A program made the translations under genes and the position numbers. A stretch of 52,403 nucleotides of DNA, the filler included, from Candidatus Zhuqueibacterota bacterium (GTDB lineage Bacteria > BS750m-G25), in the NCBI GenBank assembly GCA_016783505.1. It is 4 parts of 4 records of this genome, joined end to end, with 100 filler letters (N's around TTAATTAATTAA, not from the genome) between each part and the next. Parts side by side here need not be neighbours in the genome. Positions count along the whole stretch, not along the records: positions 1 to 13,217 come from JADHWK010000060.1; positions 13,318 to 26,321 come from JADHWK010000061.1; 2 more parts are not named here. One strand, given 5' to 3'. Under the pieces are notes generated by a model. That model had not been told where the DNA came from. It ran no database searches and was given only the letters and a program-made list of their open reading frames with translations. This document shows, piece after piece, positions 9,887 through 18,614 of this stretch (position 1 is the first letter of the stretch; every line of letters starts with the position of its first letter).

Positions 9887-9960
9887 GTACCTAACCTAGG
9901 TTTCGGTGTACTAATACAAAACGCAAACACGGCAAATCTGGCCGTATAAACTCAGATAAG
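9887..9960 (-). mobile_element. attI-like site (5' boundary of first cassette)
   Basis: GTTAGGTAC at 9895..9887 exactly complements the GTACCTAAC R'' box of this cassette's attC; the preceding CCGAAACCTAG is not an attC arm. Confidence 0.55.
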
Positions 9961-10300
9961 AATTACCAGAAATGAGCAATTAATTAACTATAAAATAAAT
10001 AGCTAAGCTAAGGCGGTCTCTACACCTTCTCAAGTTTATACGGCTTAAAAATGGCATATAAATCCCCAAGATTTTCTTTCGAAATCAATTATTAATCAGG
10101 CTGATTCTATTTATTATACGTCAAAATGAGGCATGTAAACCTAAGAGAAATGTTTGTGATAATATAATTCAAGATATATAAAAAAATTGAATAGACTATA
10201 ATTTCACATTGTAAAGGCTTTAATTGTCCCGCAGAGGCCGGAGCCCCTACGTGACAGTAAAATTAGTTTGCTTGATCTACTTTCTTATATCAAGAAAAAT

Positions 10301-11335
10301 TTAAATCCTCATTTTGTCTAATTTATCATCATCAAGGGGCCTAACGTTAAATCGTTCACTCCCTTCCGGGCCATCCCCTTTTACCAAAATTGAGGACTGG
10401 TCCTTATCTTTACTGTAGCGGGCGGCGATAGAGGCTGCTGTTTTCTTTAATTCGTCATTGACGGGGCCAAAAAGCAATACCAGTCCCCCTGGATGTTCGA
10501 CTGTCTGAAAAGCCCAACAGTTGTCCTGATACCTTTCCAAGAACAGGTTTTCCTTTTCATTCCGACCCACTATCACCTTTGCCGCCGGGCTCAGCCGAAA
10601 ATGTCGTCCCACAGCCAAAAGATAAACCTCCTCCTGGGTAAGCACTTTTGCCTCCCGGTGATCCAGAAGGTCCCGGAACCGGGCGGCGTAGTGCTCATCG
10701 GTGAGGAAGCAGCACCCTCCCGCCGGCTGGGGGAAATCGGTAAGGCCAAATTTTTGGGCCAGTTCGATCTGTCTCTTACGGGATCGTCCCTGTATGTCGT
10801 AGAGTCCATCTGGGTCAATCCAGCCTTCCTTCTCCGGAATCGTAGGCCTAAGCAATTTAGCCGACAGGGGCCGCAACAGATATCCCCTAAGACCGGCTTC
10901 CCTTTCGATGGTGTTCATCACGTCCCGGCGCTGTGACATGGGCCGCTGGCCCAGCACCTCACCGGTAAAGACAAAGGAGGCTCCCTCAAGCTCCATTCGC
11001 CTTTTCGCCTCCCGTAACATGTGAATGCGGCAGTCAATGCAGGGGTTCATCTGCGAGCCGTAGCCGTGCCGGGGATGGGTCACCATCTTCAGGTAGTCTT
11101 CTGAGATGTCCACGATGTCCACTTCAACGCCCAGGTCCCTTCCGGCCCTCAAGGCCTCGTGTCGAACGGGCTGGTCCTTTTGTCCGGCAAAAACCTTCTT
11201 CAACCCGACGATACAGAAACCGGTATAGAAGTGGACACCTTTAACATCAACACCCTGATTGAGGAGGACCCTGGCCGCCAGGGTGCTGTCAAGACCCCCG
11301 GACAAAAGACCGATGGCTTTGATTTTTTTAGCCAA
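10301..11335 (-). CDS. PP-loop tRNA thiouridylase-like protein (ThiI/MnmA-related, DUF814-type C-terminus)
   Basis: SGGLDS PP-loop, NPCIDC, TGEVLGQRPMSQ, PAGGC, GRHFRL..IVGRN motifs; TTG start. Confidence 0.85.
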   Translation of the reverse strand: MAKKIKAIGLLSGGLDSTLAARVLLNQGVDVKGVHFYTGFCIVGLKKVFAGQKDQPVRHEALRAGRDLGVEVDIVDISEDYLKMVTHPRHGYGSQMNPCIDCRIHMLREAKRRMELEGASFVFTGEVLGQRPMSQRRDVMNTIEREAGLRGYLLRPLSAKLLRPTIPEKEGWIDPDGLYDIQGRSRKRQIELAQKFGLTDFPQPAGGCCFLTDEHYAARFRDLLDHREAKVLTQEEVYLLAVGRHFRLSPAAKVIVGRNEKENLFLERYQDNCWAFQTVEHPGGLVLLFGPVNDELKKTAASIAARYSKDKDQSSILVKGDGPEGSERFNVRPLDDDKLDKMRI

Positions 11336-12086
11336 TTATCAATTCAAACGAAAAAGGCGAATTTTGTGACCCGGCCACGATGGTATGTTCCCCGGGGTCC
11401 AAAATGACCTTGGTATCCGGAAGATTAGCCCCGATTGGCTGCCCATCAACGATGGTCCCCAGGCGGCTCCCCCGATCGAGGATGAGGACCTGCCCGGCTG
11501 TCTGGTTGATGGAAAAATGGTTGCGGGAGACATTGAAGGGAGCCCCGTCTTCGAGATGAAGATCATTGTATGATAGCACATCGGTGTACAAATCGTGACT
11601 CTCCCGTCCGATCATAAAGGGAAATTTTGTAATCACCATTTTTTGCCCCTTCAGGGCCCTCTTGGCCTCTTCGGAGAGACCAGCCAACACGACTCGGATT
11701 GGCTTTTCAACCGGTGCTTCTTCAGGAACCGGCTCCGCACGACTGACTACCAGCTCATTCATCTGGCGTAGCCGTTCGAACAGAACCTTCATAATGGGCA
11801 TCAGCACTGCGGGGTCTTTACTAAAGCATTCATTAAATTTTTCCCGGTCAAACACATCAAGTTCTACGTCCTCCAGAGCGGTGACAGTGGCCGAGCGGGG
11901 ACGGTCTTCAAACAGCCCCTGATCCCCGAAGATCCCGTCCTTACCTATTTCCGCCAGAACCACCTTCTTCCCATCCTTTCGCTTGGACACCTCAACCCGC
12001 CCCGAACGGATAATATACGCCGAGGTCCCGTAGGATTCCTCCTCAATGATCACATCCCCTTTTTTGAATCGAAGGACATCAATCAT
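11328..12086 (-). CDS. Cyclic-nucleotide-binding domain + FHA domain protein
   Basis: Start reassigned to ATG 12086 (AAGGAG RBS); FGDQGL..RPRSATV cNMP motif; IGR...VSRNH...GSRLGT FHA motif. Confidence 0.85.
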   Translation of the reverse strand: MIDVLRFKKGDVIIEEESYGTSAYIIRSGRVEVSKRKDGKKVVLAEIGKDGIFGDQGLFEDRPRSATVTALEDVELDVFDREKFNECFSKDPAVLMPIMKVLFERLRQMNELVVSRAEPVPEEAPVEKPIRVVLAGLSEEAKRALKGQKMVITKFPFMIGRESHDLYTDVLSYNDLHLEDGAPFNVSRNHFSINQTAGQVLILDRGSRLGTIVDGQPIGANLPDTKVILDPGEHTIVAGSQNSPFSFELIIG

Positions 12087-12108
12087 GGCATTCTCCTTTC
12101 CATAAGGT

Positions 12109-12834
12109 TCAATCGTATTCCTTCCATTTAATGGTATAGAAATAGTTTGATTCACCGGGATATTTATTTTGGGAGATAAAGCATTTAAAATCATCATATT
12201 CATTCGGCCGAATGCAGGTATCGGTGATGACACCGCTCCGGAAGGTATGCCGCGTCCCGTCAACGTAAGCCGAGTCAATCCCCACCGTTTCAGCTTTAGC
12301 ATTCAGAAAGTTGAATTTAATCTGCACGAAATCAGCCCGCCTGGATCCCTTGTTTTTTATCTTACCCACCAGCACCCTCTTCCCCGTATCAGGATCCCTC
12401 CTCGCCAGAATCTTGCCCAGCAGGATGCACTTGGCGGCCCTCTTTACCCGGTCCACCTCCTTGATCTGAATCCACTTCAGGTTCAGAATACCGATGTCCG
12501 TTTCCACGATTACGCTGCGCTTGTCCCGGCGCAAAATGTCCCCGAATACCATTGTCCCGTTGACCAAGGTTATCCGGTCAATTTCCTCTGGGGACTCGAT
12601 AATGGGACCCGTTGACGCCGGCCTGGGGATAAGCCTTCCTAAGCCCTTCCGCTCGGACGCTTTTAAGGCCTCAATTTCCGATTTTAATTGCTCAATTTCC
12701 CGGGTGAGGGAATCTAATTTTGAAGAAACAAGGGAGTCAGAATCCCCCTGGCACCAGCCCCATTCGGGAAATGATAAGACAAAAATTCCCAGGGAAAGCA
12801 TGAAATAACAGCTTAGCCATCTTTTCATACCCAT
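12109..12834 (-). CDS. Secreted hypothetical protein (coiled coil, FxLYD-like C-terminal domain)
   Basis: Signal peptide; GKIKNKG...FVQIKFNF pattern. Confidence 0.7.
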   Translation of the reverse strand: MGMKRWLSCYFMLSLGIFVLSFPEWGWCQGDSDSLVSSKLDSLTREIEQLKSEIEALKASERKGLGRLIPRPASTGPIIESPEEIDRITLVNGTMVFGDILRRDKRSVIVETDIGILNLKWIQIKEVDRVKRAAKCILLGKILARRDPDTGKRVLVGKIKNKGSRRADFVQIKFNFLNAKAETVGIDSAYVDGTRHTFRSGVITDTCIRPNEYDDFKCFISQNKYPGESNYFYTIKWKEYD

Positions 12835-12861
12835 TTTTCGTTCCTCAATGTCTTGACAATT

Positions 12862-13217
12862 CTACTCTGTTTTTCGGCTCATCGCCTCTTGAACCCCGGC
12901 CACCGTCTGCCTCAGGGCCTCCAGGCCCCGATCTCCCCCAATTTTAATTACGCTCTCCTCGACCACGTTGTAGAAAATGTAATTCCTAGGATCCTTCATT
13001 AACTCCAGAAGTCCCTGTAGGGCCACCTCGTTACCGATCATTCCCAGGGTTTCCATGGCCACCAGCCTCACGGACAGATCCTTACGTTCATCCTGGGCCA
13101 GTTCTACCAGAACCGGCACTGCCCGGGGGTCCCCCATTTTCTCGAGGGCCTCAATGATCCGCTGCTCGAGGAGCAAGAATTCCTCGCGGGTGTGGATTAA
13201 GGCCTCCATCAGGATCA
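12862..13217 (-). CDS. HEAT-repeat protein (5' truncated by contig end)
   Basis: ALEKMGDPRAVPVL, TLGMIGNEVAL repeats. Confidence 0.75.
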
Positions 13218-13317
13218 NNNNNNNNNNNNNNNNNNNNNNNNNNNNNNNNNNNNNNNNNNNNTTAATTAATTAANNNNNNNNNNNNNNNNNNNNNNNNNNN
13301 NNNNNNNNNNNNNNNNN
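13218..13317. other. Artificial contig linker
   Basis: N-run with TTAATTAATTAA (stops in all six frames). Confidence 0.98.
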
Positions 13318-13471
13318 GTTCGATGTTCATATTTTAAAGTTCGACGTTAATCTTTCCGCCAATAGATCCGCCAATAGATCTTGACTAATTAGCTGAATTC
13401 AGCTAATTTTCTCTAAATCTTCAAAATGAGGATGAATGCTGGTACCGAATGTCCTCCACCAACAACGTTTT

Positions 13472-13522
13472 TCCTCCCCCTCCCTTACCCTCCCCCTTGA
13501 GGGGGAGGGCAGGGTGGGGGTG
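13472..13522. repeat. Palindromic CCCTCCCCC/GGGGGAGGG intergenic repeat
   Basis: CCCTCCCCC-TTGA-GGGGGAGGG hairpin; near copy at 14223-14255. Confidence 0.65.
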
Positions 13523-13541
13523 ATAACTGGAGGGTGCGCAC

Positions 13542-13925
13542 ATGTCACCGAAGAAGACGCAAAAAGAGATAGATAGGCAGGATCAGATCATTGCCGAGGC
13601 TCGGCGTAACCAAGAACTTCGGGAGAAGACCTATCGGGAGCGAGCGCTCAAGATTTTCCCTGCAATCTGTGCGCGGTGCGGGCGTGAATTCATAGGCAAA
13701 AGACTTCGTGAGCTCACGGTCCATCACAAGGATCACAATCACGATAATAATCCGCCTGACGGAAGCAACTGGGAGTTGCTATGTATTTACTGTCACGATA
13801 ATGAGCATTCGCGATATCTGGATGCGGAATGGTATGAACCGGCGACACCGGGCGCCGAGCAAGAGCCAACTTCTACCTATAAGCCCTTCGCTGGCCTCGA
13901 GGCCTTATTGAAGGACAAAAAGTAG
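13542..13925 (+). CDS. yajD: YajD-family HNH nuclease
   Basis: YRERALK...CARCGREF...LTVHHKDHNHDNNPPDGSNWELLCIYCHDNEH. Confidence 0.85.
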   Translation: MSPKKTQKEIDRQDQIIAEARRNQELREKTYRERALKIFPAICARCGREFIGKRLRELTVHHKDHNHDNNPPDGSNWELLCIYCHDNEHSRYLDAEWYEPATPGAEQEPTSTYKPFAGLEALLKDKK

Positions 13926-14011
13926 CTGATCAATATTATTTCTCCCTTAGTACAATGTGGAAGGAAATCTCGACTCGGGGAAACGAGACTTTCTGAATTA
14001 AAGGTTAACAT

Positions 14012-14168
14012 GATGGGCTCGTAAAAAACCGAAAAACACCATTTTTTGTCATTCCGTCCCGGATCGTGGTCCGGGATGACGACCAAGCCGGAATCCAGTT
14101 TTTCAATTGATTACAAAGTTTCTGGACTCCGGTTTTCACCGGAGTGACGACTTTTTCCGAAACCGTCA
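14012..14168. repeat. Nested REP/RPE-like palindromic element
   Basis: GTCATTCCG..CCGGAATCCAG / CTGGACTCCGG..CCGGAGTGAC pair inside imperfect outer inverted repeats, with an inner TCCCGGA..TCCGGGA hairpin. Confidence 0.65.
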
Positions 14169-14222
14169 ACTTTAACAAAGATACATATCTTCTTGGGTTT
14201 TAACTTGATAATTCTCTATAAT

Positions 14223-14403
14223 CCTCCCCCTTGACGGGGGAGGTTAGGTGGGGGTGGTAAAATATTTGTTCACCCTCCCCTATATCCCCTCCTCTCCGAG
14301 GCGTAGGCTCTACCCTCCGGCCTGTAAGCCTCTCCGAGCTGTATGCTCTACGAGCAGGAAGCCTACGGGCTGGAAGCGGAGCCAGAGGCCATCAAGGGAG
14401 GGG
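14223..14403. repeat. Inverted pair of CCCTCCCC repeats with nested insert
   Basis: CCTCCCCCTTGACGGGGGAGG..GGGGGTG / CACCCTCCCC..TCAAGGGAGGGG with internal GTAGGCT/AGCCTAC palindromes. Confidence 0.55.
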
Positions 14404-14465
14404 CAGTTGATATTGGATAACCTGTCCCGCTGCTTTAGCGGGACTGCAGGAAGGTTCATTGAATT

Positions 14466-15908
14466 ATGAAAGAACGATGGTCAAAACCGAATGGATACCG
14501 CCAGGTCCTATCCATCAGCCTCCCTCTGGTGGCTTCCATGGGCTCGATAACTCTGATGCAATTCACCGATCGGATTTTTCTGGCAAATTACTCTGTCGAC
14601 GCAATTTCAGCCGCACTACCGGCAGGCATCGTCTGTTTCACCTTCATCGCCTTTTTTATGGGTGTTGCCAGTTATACAAATGCCTTTGTGGCGCAATATA
14701 CCGGGGCTCAAGCCCTCAACCGGGTGGGCGCCGCCATCTGGCAGGGTATATATTTCTCCCTTTTGTCCGCCGTTCTGCTGGCCTTGCTCTACTTCATCGC
14801 CGACATCCTGTTCGACCTCATCGGCCACTCGCCTCCCATACGGTCACTGGAGGTGACCTATTTCAAAATCCTCACCTTAGGAGCTGGATTGGTCGTGCTG
14901 AGCTCGGCAATGGCCGCTTTTTACACGGGTCGTGGGCTGACCTGGACGGTGATGCTGGTCCACATGGCGGGTACGGCGATCAACATCCCTTTGGACTTCT
15001 GCCTGATCAACGGCTTTGGTCCTTTTCCAGAACTCGGTATTGTGGGGGCGGGCATAGCCACGGTAACAGCCTACTGTATCATCGTGGCTATTCTGAGCAT
15101 CCTGATTTTCAGGCGTGCCAATCGAGAAAAGTTCGGCACCTGGAAAAACAGGGCCTTCGATAAGAAGCTGTTCCGAAGACTGATGCGGTATGGTTTGCCC
15201 AGCGGTATCCAGTTCTTTCTGGAGATTTTTGGGTTTACCTTCTTTATCCAGATGTTAGGACGGCTGGGCGATCTGGAATTGGCCACCTCCAACATTGTAC
15301 TCTCAATCGAGACGTTAGCGTTTCTTCCCATGGTCGGCTTTCATATCGGTAATGCTACACTTGTTGGCCAGGCAATTGGAAGAGGTCAACCTGAAGCTGG
15401 GGTATATTCGACCACGAGCGCGCTGCACATAACCTTAGCCTATATGTTGTTGTTGGCGGCTATATTCGTCATTGTGCCAGAACCACTTCTTTATCTTTTC
15501 AAGGGCAATCACTATGACTCTACACACTATGCCGAAATCATGGATTTAGGTGTGATACTGATGCGGTTTGTGGCCGTATTCTGCTTTTTTGATGCCCTTA
15601 ACCTTATTTACTCAGGGGCCATTAAGGGGGCGGGCGACACCCGGTTCATCATGTGGACCATCGCGGCGCTCTCCATCGGGGTGATGATCGCTCCGGTCTA
15701 CGTCGCCATAGAGTTACTCGGCGCCGGGCTCTATACGGCCTGGACCATAGCTACGCTCTACGTCTGTGCACTGGGTATAGCCTTTATGCTGCGCTACCGC
15801 CAGGGCAAGTGGAAGAAAATGCGGGTCATCGAGGATCAGCCGATTGTGGCCCAGGCCAGAGGCATAGGTGCAGAAGTTTTGGGTGGAGGATTAAAAAGCT
15901 CCAATTAG
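14466..15908 (+). CDS. MATE family efflux transporter
   Basis: ~12 TM helices; DRIFLA, VAQYTGA, VGQAIGRG, GAIKGAGDT motifs. Confidence 0.9.
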   Translation: MKERWSKPNGYRQVLSISLPLVASMGSITLMQFTDRIFLANYSVDAISAALPAGIVCFTFIAFFMGVASYTNAFVAQYTGAQALNRVGAAIWQGIYFSLLSAVLLALLYFIADILFDLIGHSPPIRSLEVTYFKILTLGAGLVVLSSAMAAFYTGRGLTWTVMLVHMAGTAINIPLDFCLINGFGPFPELGIVGAGIATVTAYCIIVAILSILIFRRANREKFGTWKNRAFDKKLFRRLMRYGLPSGIQFFLEIFGFTFFIQMLGRLGDLELATSNIVLSIETLAFLPMVGFHIGNATLVGQAIGRGQPEAGVYSTTSALHITLAYMLLLAAIFVIVPEPLLYLFKGNHYDSTHYAEIMDLGVILMRFVAVFCFFDALNLIYSGAIKGAGDTRFIMWTIAALSIGVMIAPVYVAIELLGAGLYTAWTIATLYVCALGIAFMLRYRQGKWKKMRVIEDQPIVAQARGIGAEVLGGGLKSSN

Positions 15909-16352
15909 CATTTTTTCATTATCAGAACTCACCCTCCTCCAAATGAGATATCTGGCAAGCTATCACTGAATCTTGGTCATTTTAAACTCAGTTGGGCCCT
16001 GTCATCAATTCTAACCCGCAAATCTAGACATATCCCTTTCATCTCCCCTATCACAACGACCTGAATGATATAGTCTTAGACATCTCCGGACCAGCTTAAC
16101 CAATGTGGAATGTGGTTTATTGGATTCTGAGCAGGTTGGTGAGGAATAGATTGGAGAAGGTAAAATCGATCTGAGATGATTATCAAATATTTTTCAATTT
16201 ATTTCGTCAAAATATGACGAAGTTTGCTTTTAATCTCAAATAGTTGAGCTGATCCCAAAATAATTATTTCATATTTTTTCATTAAGTGTTAGGATAAATA
16301 ATTCATATTATTTCCCCTTAAAATATGGTCATAAACAGTTTTAAAGGCAAAA

Positions 16353-17381
16353 ATGAATAGCATAGCTGATGAATTAAATATTGAGAATGAATTTTATTTC
16401 CAATGGCATATCACGGAAAAATGCAATCTTAGGTGTAAACACTGTTATCACTCCAATTATACCTCTGCTAATGAATTGAATTTAAATGAATTAATTCTTA
16501 TTGCCGATAAGATTAACTCCACGCTAAGGAAATGGAACAAGGACGGTACGCTTTCCATTACCGGGGGAGAGCCTTTTATGGTTATGGACAAGCTCTTTCC
16601 CCTTTTGCAGCACATTAATTCCCTCGAAACCATCAGCCATTTCGATCTCTTAACTAATGGATCTCTATTTAATGAAGGCATTCTGTCGGAGCTAAAGAAA
16701 TTTAAAAAATTGAGACGGGTTCAAGTCTCTTTGGAGGCGGGAAATCAGAAACTGAATGACCAAATAAGAGGCAATGGTAGTTTTGGAAAAACTTTATCTG
16801 CAATTAGGCTGTTGAAACAGAATGGTTTTCAAGTTGCAGTGATGATGACCCTCAGTCATATGAATAAAAAAGAAGTTGAGCCGCTTATTGAGCTTCTTAA
16901 AAAAGAGGGAGTTAATACCTTTTCTGCCGAACGATTTATTCCCGAGGGGGCTGGAGCCGATCTTAAAGACGAGTTTCTTACCGCCGACGAGGTAAAGGAA
17001 GTATTTCAAAAGATCTATTCCGTGGCAATGAAAGAGGATAAAATAAGGATTTTATTATACCGGCCTCTATTTGCCCTCCTTAACGGTAATGATCCAACTG
17101 TGGGTGCCTTGTGCTCAGTCGGTAATAATGCTCTCACTATCATGCATGACGGGACTATTTACCCTTGCCGGCGACTACCTATCCCCATCGGAAACGCCCT
17201 AACCGACAACTTTTACAAGGTGTGGTACACATCCGAGGTTTTGTGGAATGTCAGAAACCTGAAAAATATTAAAGGAAAATGCACTGACTGTGATCTTATA
17301 CCGGTATGCCGGGGCTGCCGTGCCATGGCCTATGCCCTAACCGGCGATTACCTTGCTGAGGATCCACAATGCTGGAGATAA
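16353..17381 (+). CDS. Radical SAM/SPASM peptide maturase
   Basis: CNLRCKHC (CxxxCxxC), ITGGEP; SPASM C..G..YPC..CxxC.....C.GC..DPQC. Confidence 0.92.
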   Translation: MNSIADELNIENEFYFQWHITEKCNLRCKHCYHSNYTSANELNLNELILIADKINSTLRKWNKDGTLSITGGEPFMVMDKLFPLLQHINSLETISHFDLLTNGSLFNEGILSELKKFKKLRRVQVSLEAGNQKLNDQIRGNGSFGKTLSAIRLLKQNGFQVAVMMTLSHMNKKEVEPLIELLKKEGVNTFSAERFIPEGAGADLKDEFLTADEVKEVFQKIYSVAMKEDKIRILLYRPLFALLNGNDPTVGALCSVGNNALTIMHDGTIYPCRRLPIPIGNALTDNFYKVWYTSEVLWNVRNLKNIKGKCTDCDLIPVCRGCRAMAYALTGDYLAEDPQCWR

Positions 17382-17674
17382 AACAGAACGATACTTTTGT
17401 ATTAGAAGAAAATATCTTTCTTCAAAAGATTAGCGAACTTGGAAAATACTGGGTTTTTAATATTGATACAGGTGAACATTATACGCTTAACGAGACTTCT
17501 TATTGGATATTGGAACAGATAGCTGAGAATTTACCGGCAAAAAATATTTTAAAGGATTTTCTGGAAAACTTTGATGTGGACGAAAATCAGGCCAAGGTTG
17601 ATTTTGGAGAAATATTAACTGGCTTCCTAAAGGAAGGGATTATCAAAAGGAGGGTGAAAGATGAAAAAATATAA
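17369..17674 (+). CDS. PqqD-family RiPP recognition element (RRE)
   Basis: 101 aa; YTLNETSYWILE...FDVD..AKVD...L..F.KEGII pattern; overlaps the rSAM stop. Confidence 0.88.
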   Translation: MLEIKQNDTFVLEENIFLQKISELGKYWVFNIDTGEHYTLNETSYWILEQIAENLPAKNILKDFLENFDVDENQAKVDFGEILTGFLKEGIIKRRVKDEKI

Positions 17675-17801
17675 AAAAAGAGCTTATGAAAAACCCATCC
17701 TAAAAAAAGAAAATACTATGAATTTTCCAATTGAGATTATCAACTCTTCAGGCAAGAGGATCGTTTGCAGGCAGTGTTCCGGTTGTCATGGCTGTAGATG
17801 A
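17661..17801 (+). CDS. Putative RiPP precursor peptide, 46 aa (MKKYKKRAYEKPILKKENTMNFPIEIINSSGKRIVCRQCSGCHGCR)
   Basis: Not in the ORF track; AGGAGG RBS; overlaps RRE stop; YxxPxL leader motif; CxxCxxCxxC core. Confidence 0.88.
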   Translation: MKKYKKRAYEKPILKKENTMNFPIEIINSSGKRIVCRQCSGCHGCR

Positions 17802-17843
17802 TCATGAATTCTTACTTCTATTGAAATGTAGGGCTTATAAAAA

Positions 17844-18557
17844 ATGAAGGACTGCCAAAATTTTCAAATCCAAGGCAAACGCCGAACTTGCAATATATGG
17901 CTGTACCCTGAAGATAATCTTCAACTAAAAAATCTCAACATTGATCCCTTTGACATCATTATCTGTGACGGCCCCTATGGCATTTTGGAAACGGAATGCG
18001 AGTGGGATGATTTTGACCTGAATAGCAAAAATGGCCGTGAAAAATTCCGACAATACTACAGAAACCTCTTTGACGCCTGCCTGAAGCACCTAAAAAAAAC
18101 CGGTTCTATCTTCATCTTCAATTATCCCGAAGGTGCCAGTCTTATCAAATCAGTGCTCGACGAGGAATACCCGGTTCATTTCAGACGCTGGATCACCTGG
18201 GTCTACGATAATCATTTTGACTTTGACCGCGGCGCCAATTTCCGACGCTCCCATGAGACAATTCTCTACTACACAAAGGAACCCGATGGCTTCATCTTTA
18301 AAGGAGCAGATATTCCAGATGTTTTCTTACATCCCATCATTAAAATTAGATCCAATTCTTTCAAAGACGGTGAAAAGCCTCTACCGGTCATCAGGGACCT
18401 ATTAAATGCCACATTTGTCCCTGAAGGAAGGTTGCTCAGCTTGTTCACCGGCTCAGGAACTGACATAGTGGCTGCTTTGGAGTACGATATGGATGTGGTG
18501 GGTTTCGAATTCAATGTGTCCAATTTCAATATGTTAGTTGAACGAATTAAAAATTAA
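17844..18557 (+). CDS. Short beta-class N6-A/N4-C methyltransferase-like protein
   Basis: Motif IV DGPY (DPPY variant) precedes motif I LFTGSGT; HETILYYTK, EKP. Confidence 0.8.
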   Translation: MKDCQNFQIQGKRRTCNIWLYPEDNLQLKNLNIDPFDIIICDGPYGILETECEWDDFDLNSKNGREKFRQYYRNLFDACLKHLKKTGSIFIFNYPEGASLIKSVLDEEYPVHFRRWITWVYDNHFDFDRGANFRRSHETILYYTKEPDGFIFKGADIPDVFLHPIIKIRSNSFKDGEKPLPVIRDLLNATFVPEGRLLSLFTGSGTDIVAALEYDMDVVGFEFNVSNFNMLVERIKN

Positions 18558-18614
18558 AAGGTTCTTAGTTCCAATGCCTATAAACTCCCAAAAGTATGAG
18601 GAGGGAACATAACC

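Noticed and set aside
9960-10300. intI integrase remnant
   Set aside because: No ORF or tyrosine-recombinase motif is recognisable in this AT-rich stretch.
12087-12302. N-terminal extension of the cNMP-FHA ORF
   Set aside because: Overlaps the 12109..12834 gene; a better RBS and domain start lie at ATG 12086.
13218-13317. TTAATTAATTAA motif in N-runs (also 26322-26421 and 39370-39469), and ORFs or gene adjacency across them
   Set aside because: Artificial contig spacers; the contigs appear length-sorted, so cross-gap neighbourhood has no biological meaning.
14466-15908. MATE transporter as exporter for the RiPP cluster
   Set aside because: Separated by ~440 bp and a clear shift to AT-rich sequence; no evidence of co-transcription, though not excluded.
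17775-17789. CxxCH heme-binding motif (CSGCH) in the precursor
   Set aside because: No signal peptide, 46 aa only, and the motif is part of the regular CxxC repeat beside an rSAM/RRE pair.
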